In this document: positions 26,033 through 38,203 of the stretch, one piece after another | Layout: every line of letters starts with the position of its first letter | How positions within the stretch are numbered: the first letter of the stretch is position 1 | DNA from: Octopus vulgaris | Taxonomy: Eukaryota | Direction: 5' to 3' | DNA: 64,000 bases | Assembly (NCBI GenBank): GCA_951406725.2 | Contig: OX597817.1 | Location: 73,408,001-73,472,000, forward strand | Program-made: the position numbers and the translations under genes | The notes under the pieces: generated by a model | What the model saw: the letters and a program-made list of their open reading frames with translations, nothing else | Told to the model about the DNA's origin: nothing | Databases searched by the model: none

Positions 26033-26881
26033 AGAGATGATGGATAGTATGCCTAACATGGTTTTGATCATAGTTCTGCTCAATTTGGACTGATTTGGGG
26101 CTAAAGAACAACAACAAATGCAGTAACAACAACAATAGTAACAACAACGACATTGACGCTGACAGCAGACGACTTCTTCTAAAGAGTACGTTTATAGCAT
26201 GATCAGTCGCTTTCCAATTTTTGCTTGCTGCTTATTTTTATTACATTTTTACATTCCACTGATAGTCTTTTGATCCGTCGATCTCAATGTGTTGTTATTT
26301 TTATTTATTTTATTCCAGATTCCTTAGGCTTCCAAGTTACTTCTTGTGGGATGGTAGTATCTCTATTACACTGTTTTACAGCTGGCATTCAGGTGACTAA
26401 TATCTTCAGTTTTGGTTTTGAATTGTCTGTATTTGTCAAATGATGGCATTTCTTGGTCATTTACGCAGTTGCTTATTGGCGGGTATTTGTTATTCTGGGA
26501 TTGCATGGCGATAACTTTCAAATGAAAGCGTTACAAACCCCATCGCTGCTTTACTCTAAGATTCTAGTATTGTTTATTCCTTCTATGATCTAAGTTCTTT
26601 GTTTCAGTTACATTATATCATATATAGTTTTAATCGGTGAAAATGGTATTCTGGACTGGGGTTAACAGTAATGGCGGAAACAAACTAAAGAACTGAAGAA
26701 CATGTGAAATTATATAAAGTTTCACGTACACACACCCAGCACACATAAACAAACAAACAAATCTAATTGCGACGTCATCAACTAATGTCCCAACGACCAC
26801 ACGGTCAAGGGATAGGAATGAATGACTGAAGGAAGGAATAAATGAATGAAGGAATGAATAAAGAAAGGATGGAAGGAAGGA

Positions 26882-27152
26882 AATTCTGGGAAGAGGGTAT
26901 TTTCAAGTTAAAGGAAAGATGGCGACGCATTGTGCAATAAAATGGTTCATATTTGGTTGATTAAAAATGTAATAGCAAGTATTTATTGACCTTTTTTCTA
27001 ACCTTTAAAAATCAGCACGAACTTTCCGGACAACCCAATACATGTCCCACAGATTATTATGGTATCTGGGACAATAAAGATCTACAACACTTCTTAAAAT
27101 TTATATGATAAATTACAAGCCAAAGGACATCGTAAAGAATATGATAATCTGT
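26882..27152. repeat. Right arm of the 271-bp inverted duplication (mariner end plus its flank)
   Basis: Reverse complement of 24967-25237. Confidence 0.95.
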
Positions 27153-27862
27153 GCCATCCCTTCACAGAACTTTGCACAACCATGTGCACGAAGATGGCAC
27201 TGTAAGCATGTTCACATGCAGCATTTGAACTGTCTATCTCCTGGCATCACCGGCTGAGTTGTGACCATGTATTTTACCATGCGTGGTCAGACCGTCAGGT
27301 GACTTGCGAATTAAGCCACATTCGTTATACAAATGTGTCAAGGAGGACATGGTCGCAGAACCATATATATATATATATATATTATTTTCGCTAATTTTAC
27401 TCACACACACGCATACATACATACACTCACAAGCTTATGTATGTGTGTGTGTGAGTAAAATTAGCGAAAATAAAACGAAACACAGATTAAAAGTAGTGTA
27501 ATTATTAAAGTTTTCGTCCAAGCAAAGAGATAGTAGACGAGTTTCTGATATTTCGAGCTGAAGCTGAAACAAAAAACAAAAAAAAAAAAAGAAAAACACA
27601 CCAAAACGTAGGAAATAATAGAAATTAGAAAACAAAACACTGAAGTACTGGAGATATATATGTGTGTGTTTTGCTGTGTGTGTATGTGTGTGTGGGCGCG
27701 CGTGTATGTATGTACTCACATACGAATGTATGTATGCATGCGTGCATGTATGTATGTATGATTTCGCGCGCGTGAACAGATACGTGCATGAATCCTGTAA
27801 AATAAAATAAATTCGCGTGTGACGAGGATGGATGAGCTACATTTCGGGTGAGGCATTTCTTG

Positions 27863-27934
<72 letters not shown>

Positions 27935-28005
27935 ATATATATATATATATATACACACACACATACATACATATATATATGCATATATATATGTATATAT
28001 ATATG

Positions 28006-28050
<45 letters not shown>

Positions 28051-30004
28051 TTATATATATATATCTACCTATCTATCCATTTATCCATCTACCTATCTAT
28101 CTATCTCTCTATCTATCTATCTTTCTATATATGTATGTATATATGTATAGGGGCAGAGTTTTTGAATATTTTCTCTTCTACTTTATTCACAAACTTACCA
28201 CACGTTCATGTTTTCGAATGCATTTAGTCTGACGTTTTGTAATTTCAGCAACACGGCCACACCATTTTCCCATATGCCTTGAATGGAAAACGTACAACAT
28301 TGTGTTTGAAAGTCATATATTTGAGACAAGGAAACAAACATTGAACTTTTTAATATGAGACAGATTTTTTTTTATTCTGAGACCAATCAGAACATAATTT
28401 AATACTCTGCATGCATATAAGATAGCAAAATGATACGGGGCGCCAAACTGAATATCTTATGGCGTCTAGTCACGGTTCTTTATGTACGGAACTCAAAAAA
28501 GATTTTGTTTACCGGCCTCATGATAAAGTGAACACTTGTAAAGTACGTCTTAATATCTGCAAAAAATGTAAAACTATGTAAGTATTATCAAGCGGCATTT
28601 TCTCCGACGTTTTACTAATTCTGCCAATCCACCTTCGTTAACATTACCTTAAAGTCATGCATTTTTGAATAGACGATTTTATCGAGAAAGTTGTGGCGGT
28701 GGTATAAAGATATAGCTGCTAGCTGGATCGGCGAAAATAAAGTTAAATTTCCAGAAACAATCAAAGGTACTTCAAAACTTTAAATTTCTAAAAACAACCA
28801 GGCATTTTATTTTCTTTGTCGCGATATGTGTTTTAGTGTTACACTTCTTAACGAACTTAAACTAGGGAACGAAATCTGAAAGACAATATAACTGGAGGCT
28901 TTGACATAACGAAACATCTTCGTAGTCAAGTACAACATGAATTTAATTTTCCTGAACCTTAGTTTCCAAAGCCTTACCAGATAATTGATATCCCGATGTA
29001 GTGTGGTCACCTTGGTCAACACGCTCTAAATTATACAAATATTAAATTTGCTCGTGCATTAGTATGAAGGGCACAATTTTAATACTACACTGTGCAAAGT
29101 ACTAATCAGTGTAAGGTACTAATCTGTGCAAGGTACTAGTAAACTAGTCTGGCGGCCGCGGGAATAAGAAGTTCCTGCGTGTAAATTTGTGCGAATTATG
29201 AGGAGTTGAAGACCATCAATATTCGGAACGTCGGGGTTATGCCTGTATTACGATGTAAACAAATTTAAGGATGGAAGGAATCCAGAGACGCAATCGAGAT
29301 CTTTATCATAATGAGACAATGTTATAACAATTTTTAAATTTATGCTTTAAAATAAATCCAAGGACATTTATGAAACGTGGAATCTCCAAGAAACCCGTTA
29401 GTAAATATATGAATATATAAACAAACGAACAATAATTAAAAAAATACGTTTTTGTTTACTATAAAACAACATCTAAATTATACTCACTATGATTTGCCTT
29501 TATTTATTTATTTATTTGTTTGTTTATCTATCTATTTATTATTTTTTTATTTATTTACTTATTGTTATTGTTGTTCTCAAGCCTCTGATTATCTGTAATG
29601 TAGTCCATTATGCTATCATTATTTTTACATGTCAAGAGTTAATTTTTTTCTTCAATAATAGCTCTTAGCCAAAACAATATCATTTTTAAAAAAATCGTTT
29701 TACTGAGTCATATAATAATAACTGATTTCTATCATAATACAAGAAACAGCAGCAAGACTATCAAAAACAATAAAAAACAAGAGCAACGATAACATTAAAA
29801 TCAACATTAACAATAATAATAATAATAAAAAAATGAAATTCGCTTTTGAAACATCAACGTTTTCTTTAGTTTTTATATATTTCCCTATCTCTTTCTGTCT
29901 GTCTGTCTGTCTCTCTCTCTCACACATACACACATACACACACACATATCCTTCTCAATGTCTATAACAATAAACATATTGAAACTGTTATTTAAACAAG
30001 ATAT

Positions 30005-30105
<101 letters not shown>

Positions 30106-30335
30106 AACAATAATAATCATTGAGGTTTCTGGTTGAGACTTGGGTGCAGCTCGTGCAAATCAAAGCTAAAGCAAATCATAATAATAATATTAATGGACAA
30201 TGGAAAGAAAAACGAAGACGTATCTTTAGACAAATTTTCCTTATTCAATGAAAATAAAACACAATATCGCAATTTGCATATATACATATATATATATATG
30301 CATACATATATTTATATATATATGTGTGTGTGTCT

Positions 30336-30380
<45 letters not shown>

Positions 30381-30534
30381 CAAGTATACACACAATCCAT
30401 TGAACAATTACCGTAGATTAGTATCTCTCAAGGACTTGCTCGGTTAAAAACGCACTAGATATTTGAGAGAGATGAAGATTCGTCTGGGCAGAGGGATATA
30501 TCTATCTATCTATCTAATATATATATATATATAT

Positions 30535-31348
30535 ATAATAAAGGGTGAAATTAATTAATTTGGAATAATTATCAATTACACCAAGTAGATTTCGGCATGT
30601 AAAAGCCCCATTCGAGGAAAATTTAAGTAATACTAAGTAATTAAGGGTTTAGCAACTAATTGCCTCACCAACACACCGAATTTAGAAATAGCAGTCAAAG
30701 AGATATAGCTATTCCTTCTACTAAAAGGGGTATCTCAGTAAAAACACAGCACTTGAAAGGCAATTACTTAAATTTTCCTCGAATGGGGCTTTTACATGCC
30801 GAAATCTACTTGGTGTAATTGATAATTATTCCAAATTAATTAATTTCACCCTTTATTATTACTGATAACCATATTTTATCCCAGTAAATGACCGCAGCAT
30901 TTTGTCTTGGCTACACGCGGGTGGAAGGGGGCTGGTGACACAAACTTTCATTCAAACTTTGAATTTCGTGGTACTGGTCATGCTTTGGCTCGCTCTGACA
31001 CTGAGTTGAGATAATGCCTTCTAGTATCTCAAAATTTAATATACAATTATTCATAATTGTAGTATCCTGCGCCGATGAGAAAAGAAGTTTGGGTAAAGTA
31101 GAATTTTCTAATTCTTATGCTCTCCTAAAACTTGATTTCGAAACGTACGTCCGTAGGTAACTTAAAATTGTATGATAGATTGCCGTCATTTCATTCTTTC
31201 TTTCTTACCTGCCTGTGTTTGCCTTTCAAGTGCTGTGTTTTTACTGAGATACCCCTTTTAGTAGAAGGAATAGCTATATCTCTTTGACTGCTATTTCTAA
31301 ATTCGGTGTGTTGGTGAGGCAATTAGTTGCTAAACCCTTAATTACTTA

Positions 31349-31352
<4 letters not shown>
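30535..31352 (+). mobile_element. Non-coding hammerhead-bearing retroelement (Penelope-like pLTR or retrozyme type) with an inverted junction copy, inserted in (TA)n
   Basis: 30535-30631 is the exact reverse complement of 30763-30859, and 30630-30763 is the exact reverse complement of 31219-31352. Hammerhead motif at 31066-31157. (TA)n on both flanks. Confidence 0.75.
31066..31157 (+). ncRNA. Type I hammerhead ribozyme motif (CCGAUGA core variant, long stem II)
   Basis: Stem I cctgcg/cgtagg; core CCGATGA; stem II gaaa-ag-aagttt/aaactt-ga-tttc; GAAA; stem III C-GTAC-G with a palindromic loop; GUC cleavage triplet at 31149-31151. Confidence 0.7.
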
Positions 31353-31390
<38 letters not shown>

Positions 31391-31393
<3 letters not shown>

Positions 31394-31598
31394 TAATCCA
31401 AACAAGAAAGCACAAAAAAACACAACAACGCGAGGACGTGGAACAAATATAGTATTATTGGACGCTCAGGAAAGAAGGAAAGAAGGAGGGTCTAACGTTT
31501 CGAGCGGAGCTCTTCGTCGGAAACATAGGAGAAGAAAAGATCCAGAGAAGGGAAGACAGAGGAAAAAAAGTCGCCAACGGTACACACGCGGTCTCATT

Positions 31599-31603
<5 letters not shown>
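31391..31603 (-). mobile_element. Penelope-like pLTR fragment, copy 1, between (TA)n tracts
   Basis: ~210-bp unit repeated at 31901-32103; it contains a minimal hammerhead motif. Confidence 0.65.
31490..31524 (-). ncRNA. Minimal type I hammerhead motif (CCGACGA variant)
   Basis: Minus strand reads gttt CCGACGA a gagc tcc gctc GAAA cg tt agac. Confidence 0.55.
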
Positions 31604-31671
<68 letters not shown>

Positions 31672-31771
31672 CATACACACCCACACACACAAACACACAC
31701 ACATATGTATATACGTATGTATGTATGTATGTATGTATGTATGTATGTATGTACGTGACTGTATGTGTGTG

Positions 31772-31895
31772 CGTGCGCGTAAGGATGTGTGGTAAGATGC
31801 CTGCTTCCCATGCAAATGGTTCTAGGTTCAGTGTTGTACGTGCATCCTTCGGGATGTGTGAGTGGATTCAGTAGACGGAAATTGAAGGAAGCCCA
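31772..31895 (+). mobile_element. SINE family B, 5' half
   Basis: tgtgtggtaagatgcctgcttccca...gtgagtggattcagtagacggaaattgaaggaagccc. Confidence 0.7.
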
Positions 31896-31900
31896 TATAT

Positions 31901-32103
31901 AGTTATCCAAACATGAAAATACAAACAGAAAACACAACAACGCGAGGACGTGGAACAAGGATAGTGTTATTGGACGCTCAGGAAAGGAAAGAAAGAAGGA
32001 GGATTTAACGTTTCGAGCGGAGCTCTTCGTCAGAAACACAGGGAAAGGAAAGATCCAAGGAAGAGAAGACGGAGGAAAAAAAATCGCCAACGATACACAC
32101 GCG
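31901..32103 (-). mobile_element. Penelope-like pLTR fragment, copy 2
   Basis: Diverged direct repeat of 31391-31603. Confidence 0.65.
32003..32037 (-). ncRNA. Minimal type I hammerhead motif (canonical CUGACGA core)
   Basis: Minus strand reads gttt CTGACGA a gagc tcc gctc GAAA cg tt aaat, with palindromic AACGTT in place of stem III. Confidence 0.65.
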
Positions 32104-32112
32104 ATATATATG

Positions 32113-32412
32113 GCACTCTGTCACTTACAACGACGAGAGTTCCAGTTGATCCTATCAACGAAAAGCCAGCTCGTCAAATTAACATGCAAGTGGCTGAGCA
32201 TTCCACAGACAGATGTACCTTTAATATAGTTTTCAGGGAGATTCAGCATGACACAGAATGTGACAAGGATGGCCCTTTGAACTACAGATACTACAACATC
32301 TTTGCCAGTTGAGTGGATTGGAGCAATGTAAGATAAAGTATTTTGCTCTAGGGCACAACGCATCGCAGGTAATTGAACTCTCAACTTTACAATCGTGGGC
32401 CGAATACCCACT
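32113..32412 (-). mobile_element. SINE family C
   Basis: Homologous to 23165-23418 and 48257-49088. Confidence 0.85.
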
Positions 32413-32503
32413 CACACACCTATACATATACAGACATACATATATATATATATATGTATATGTACATACACATACATACATATATATATATGCATATGTA
32501 TAC

Positions 32504-32549
<46 letters not shown>

Positions 32550-32554
32550 CATAA

Positions 32555-32945
32555 GGTAGTAGGTAGCGATTTTCTTCACTACTTCAAGGAGTGACGACCC
32601 TGACTGACCCGAGTCCCGGGCTCAGCTGGCTCCAGTTGACAGTACCAGGTATAGGCCCCTATCCAGGGTTACGGAAAGTAGACAAACTTCAAAGAAATCC
32701 GGAGTCGAGCCCCGTAGGCGGTTTAGTGTTCGACTCAACACTCTTCCGGCAGCTCCTGAAACCAAGCTGGTGCCAAACGTAATGCTGTGCATTTCTTTGG
32801 ACTACGCCAGCATGGTCGAGAGAGAAGTCCTGACGACTGGGCTACCCAGGATTTTCTTACATCTAGCCCAGGCTTGCGCAAATAGGGAGGACATGAAATG
32901 TAAAAACCAGACTGGATTAGTTTATGCGCGACTCCATTGTCCCCC
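32555..32945 (+). mobile_element. Possible 5' region of an RTE-group LINE
   Basis: GC-rich block (ggagtcgagccccgtaggcgg...ccaagctggtgccaaacgta...cctgacgactgggctacccagg) resembling RTE 5' UTRs as I recall them. No coding motif to confirm. Confidence 0.3.
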
Positions 32946-32949
32946 GCAC

Positions 32950-33239
32950 TAGGGTCGATCTAATCGACTTAGTCCTTTTGTCTGTCCTTGTTTGTCCCCT
33001 CTATGTCTAGCCCTTTGTGGGCAATAAAGAAATAAGAAACATTAGCACGCTGGGCGAAATGGTTAGTGGTATTTCGTCTGTCTTTACGTGCAGAGTTCAA
33101 ATTCCGCCGAGGTCGACTTTGCCTTTCATCCTTTTGTTGTCGATAAATTAAGACCAGTTACGTACTGGGGTCGATCTAATCGACTGCCCCCCCCCCCCCT
33201 CATCAAAAATTTCGGGCCATGTGCTTAGAGTAGAAAAGA
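32950..33239 (+). mobile_element. Two fused SINE family A pieces (Tx1-tailed 3' end followed by a near-complete copy)
   Basis: The tail gccctttgtgggcaataaagaaataag joins aaacattagcacgctgggcgaaat... Confidence 0.88.
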
Positions 33240-33847
33240 TATACACTATGGTCGGGATGGTCACGACTAGAACGACGTTAATCTGTATTACATATCTCTG
33301 CTGAACCAGACTCGTCCTGGAGCTGAAGAAATAGCAATAACAAGAACGAGACTACATTATACAATGTGTTCTTTATTTTTAAACGTTAGGAGTGATTTGA
33401 AGGAAATTTGAGGTCTATTCGTTGTAGATTAAGCGACAACATAGAAGCTCTCTGACTCGCAACGGTAACATCAGCTCTGCAGCAGCAGCAGCACTAGTAG
33501 TAGTAGATGTTTCTGGAAAGTAATCAGCGTACTTATATTGAATATGTATGCTCAGCCAACCGTGTAAACCGCAAATAATTAACAACGTTTGCTTTGAGAA
33601 AGCGATTAAATATTAACTGCAACAAACCCTTTCCTTTCACATATTCAGTTCACTTCACATCATGATTCCAAACATTTACTATGGTTCAATAATAATCATG
33701 TTAATTCTTTATAAGAGAATATTTTGTAATCTTGTTCTAAAATAATTTTGTGGGTTGTTATAATGCCAATGCTGGAAATATATTCATATATTCTCATACA
33801 GAATTTATTAATTCATATCGTAATGCTTTATAGTATGATGTTTTTAA

Positions 33848-33914
<67 letters not shown>

Positions 33915-34028
33915 TATATGTATACACACATGTATATATATGTATGTATATACATACATCCATATACATATACATATATATATATATGATTGATTCTAGT
34001 TTCAGCTTATGAGCTGTGGCCATGCTGG

Positions 34029-34086
<58 letters not shown>

Positions 34087-36300
34087 CATTTATGTACATA
34101 CATGCATGCATACATATGTGTGCGTGTGTGATGGGGAGGGGTGCAGCATGCATATTTACACAAATATATAGATTCTATAAAAGAAAACAAAAAGGAAATA
34201 AAATAAAACACTAAACAATAATAGGAATACAGAATAGTTTTTAGCAAGTCCGTCCAGTAAATAAAGCGAAAAGCCTTCTCTACAGCACTTCCAGCTTCCA
34301 GAAATAAAAACCAAATCTCCTTTAAATCATACATCCTACTGTCGTATAAAAAGGAAACATTAAATAGAATAATAGCTAGAAATACACAAAGTTTCAAAAC
34401 AGAAAAGTAAAGATGTTCATAGATTGAACCTATCTTTGGCTGTAGGTATGCAGGAACAGTGCTGATCAAGAACGAAACAGCCGACCGTATTTGCCGGCGT
34501 CGAGGTCAGAGCGCCCCGATAGTAAGAGATTTTAACTAGAAAATTTTGAAACAAAGATAAACACGAAAACACGGTCTTAGCACTTTTACATATTTTACAA
34601 ACATAATTTCTAGGCGTTTTAGCAGCAGATATATTCCATTAATGACTTATAAACCGCATTAAAAAAAAAACTTTTACAATACAGTAATACGTTAAATTTC
34701 CTATAAATAACTCTCCTCTTGGGGTTAAAATTGATTTACGAAAAATGTAATATTCGTGAAATAGGATGCACGGTTAATTTTCCCGACATACTTCAGGAAA
34801 AATAGATCCTTTGACATAAGAAAATACAGTACATAAGAAAACTTTCTTTGATAGTTGAAGGCAGATACCTTTTCTAATTTTTATTAATTATTGTTTTAGC
34901 GGAGTAATTTGAATAATATAAACTGAAGTTTAAGCATTACAACATTCTACATATTGCCTAATACATGAAGGAAACCTCAGCTCCTTGGAACTGGCAAGTC
35001 TTCAAGTATTTTCCAGTTATACACTTCCGACTCACTTGTGTCTTATCCTTTTATCACCCATATTGTATCTAACCCAAGGCCCTACAGTAAACACTTTCCC
35101 CATAATTTCTCTGATCTGATATTCTCCTCTTGACTATGTTTTTCCTGCGACCGTCAACTTGCAATGGTTCAAAATGAAGATGAACTTTATCGATCACACT
35201 GGTGTCATAGTGCATACGATGGTCAAGGACACAACCTCTTCTTCTAGAACAAGCAAAAACAAAGAGCTAGAAGTAAGCTCTCAACAAGTAAAAACTCAAA
35301 TATTTTCGACTCCTTGTTTGGCGCCATTTTACTTCTACGGCACAGAAAACGTTACACTGCTGTATTTTGACTTATTTCCCTAAAACATGACTTTTTTTTT
35401 GCCTCCATTGAAACGAATGTTCACGTAGATTGAAACTGCGCCCTTTTGATGGTACAATTATAACTCCTGTCTTTAACTCAGGACATTTTAGTAGGTCAAA
35501 TAATTTCAATATATAGAAGAAATGCCATTTAGCGATCTGAGGGGAATAAGATGTATATCAAGCTCTGTCAAGAATTTGAACACAAAATGTACACCTAAAG
35601 GTTTAGTTCGATACTTTTTAAATTTCTCTGCTATCTTAACCCTTCACCTCAAATTATTAAACGAACATTCAGGTAGAAATGTTGAAGGAATACTTTCGTT
35701 TTAATATCTTTTTTTTGTTTTGTTTTTGCTCTGATGTATATCCTGTTCGAACCCAGTCGAGTATAACTTTAGTCAAATGCGTTCCAGCCATGACAATCAT
35801 GTACACATTTCTTTGTTGAATCGTATATTCTTAATTACGTATCTAGGCGAGTTGTTATTTATATTGTCTAAAGCTTGCTCAATCCTAATCGAACTGGTGT
35901 ATGATAAAAGACAGTCCACCCCTCGCTATCCAAGCTTTTTAAGTTTTCAAGCATAGTCCATCTAGGTTAACATTTAAAAGTCGCCAGGGTATAAGTTAAA
36001 TAAGATTGACTACTATTTGTAGCAGTTCAAGTAGAGGCTCCTTCATTAGTTCGTATTGTTGCAACATTCTTTGTAGAATCTGTTGTTAAAACCAAGCTAT
36101 CCGTAATCATATTGTCTTCTTTGGGACATCAAAGAATACATAGATATAACTGCGTTCTTTAGACAATGAGGCGTTAGATACATACTCCTGGGTTCTGTGC
36201 ACATAGGAAAAGGCGGCACGGTCATGGCAGGAAAGCCTTTAATCGTGGGTCTGCTCAGTCAGTGCTAACCTGAGGCTAAAGTACAGTAACAACAACAGCA

Positions 36301-36355
<55 letters not shown>

Positions 36356-37238
36356 GCAATAATAATTTTTTTTCATAAACTCTAGGCTATAATTCACATG
36401 AGGTTAAAAGTTCGATTTGGCAATTTCCGCCGTCCGGGAGACAATAGATGTAAAGTACACGGATTATAGTAATAGTGACGTTGAATGAATCGACAATACA
36501 TATTACCTGTATCACAAAGAGAAAACAAATAAACAAACAAACAAACAAACAAAAAAACTGTTGGTTCTGTCTCACTAGTAAGCGAAAGTAAAACTAACTT
36601 TCTGACAAATGTTCATGCGAAATTTATTTATCAAGATATATGACATCGATTTTTATGCTCTCCTATTTTGTTATTGCAATAAATATGTTAGCGTCTTGTT
36701 TAATCAAACGAACGATAGCTTTGTTTTCCTTCTTTTACTGCTGTTTACCAAAAATATATCAAGAGGGAAACATGATTTTTTATAATTTCCTTAAAATCGC
36801 TGCTACAATAGACACATAAATCATTTCGTTTTGAATAGTGACGGATCCATACGGCGGTTTAACTAATCGGAAATGGGCAAATATCCTCTCTTATCATATT
36901 CACAGACATAAAATTGTCACCCATCCAATTTAATATTACACTTGAAGGAAACTTAACACCAACTTCTTGATATATTACGTTTCTCTTAATTCAATGTTTT
37001 TATTGGATATGTTTCACGAAAATTAGCATTGTCTATATGTTTCTATGTACGTATGTATCAATGTAGGAATGCATGTATTCGATTGTCAGTGTGTGTATAT
37101 GAATGTATATTATTAAATTTTATTTCAAGATTTCTTGCCACTAGAGAAAGAGCCGGTTTCCAACCCAGATCCAATCTTTCTTGGAACAGGATATTTTAGC
37201 ATGTATATGTGTATGTGTGCAATATTTGGAGTCAGTGA

Positions 37239-37600
37239 GGCGGCGAGCTGGCAGAAACGTTAGCACGCCGAGCGAAATGCTCTGCAGTATTTCGTCTGCC
37301 ACTACCTTCTGAGTTCAAGTTCCGCCGAGGTCGACTTTGCCTTTCATCCTTTCGGGTTCGATTAAATACGTACAAGTTACGTACTGGGGTCGATATAATC
37401 GACTTAATCCGTTTGTCTGTCCTTGTTTGTCCCCTCTGTGTTTAGCCCCTTGTGGGTAGTAAAGAAATAGGTATTTCTGAGGTCGACTTTGCCTTTCATC
37501 CTTTCGGGGTCGATAAATTAAGTACCATTTGCGTACTGGTGTCGATCTAATCGACTGGTCCCTCCCCCAAAATTCGGGCCTTGTGCCTTGAGTAGAAAAG
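37239..37600 (+). mobile_element. Full SINE family A with Tx1-like tail, fused to a second partial family A copy
   Basis: Head at 37239, tail ending about 37470, second core 37471-37600. Confidence 0.9.
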
Positions 37601-37989
37601 ACTTGCATATTTTGTTTTATGTATGCATTCTCATGCACATAGTTGCATGTCTAGACATTTCATCTAAAGACCTAACGTTTCAGCCAAGTGCTTGCCCTAC
37701 GTATATAGCCTAAGAAATATAATACAGAACAAAAATACATACAAAAATAAAATGAAATATGAAATAAATAGAAAAACAGGAATGTGACGGCTAGGACACT
37801 ATATCAGCGCTGGCCTGGAAATAAAAGGAAAAACAAAACAATAACAATTTTCAAAATCCATGCATATTTGATGAAATTTCGATGTTGTTTCTCCTGTTTT
37901 TTATGACAAAGAATTTTTATGACAAGAATTGTCAAAAAGCAATTCTTTCTCATTACTACAAATATCATTTTGATAAATTTGTTTTCTAT

Positions 37990-38203
37990 ATTCTTTTCTA
38001 CTCGAGGGACAAGGCCGAAAATTTTGGGGGAGGGGTCAGTCGATTAGATCGGCTCCAGTACGCAACTGGTACTTAATTTATCGACCCCGAAAAGATGAAA
38101 GGCAAAGTAGACCTCGGCAGAATTTGAACTCAGAACGTAAAGACAGACGAAATACCGCCAAGCATTTCGCCCGGCGTGCGAACGTTTCTGCCAGCTCGCC
38201 GCC
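37990..38203 (-). mobile_element. SINE family A, full length
   Basis: Reverse complement of head, core and standard tail. Confidence 0.9.

Noticed and set aside
28240-29320. Possible minus-strand Helitron-like element
   Set aside because: One end is suggestive, but no hairpin-plus-CTAG terminus could be identified.
30775-30812. Second hammerhead in arm A' (ggc-ttttacat-gcc-GAAA)
   Set aside because: A stem and GAAA are present, but there is no CUGANGA-like core at the right spacing and no clear cleavage triplet or stem I. At most a vestige.
37239-37325. tRNA gene candidate (A-box and B-box-like motifs)
   Set aside because: No complete cloverleaf; it is the head of a multi-copy SINE.
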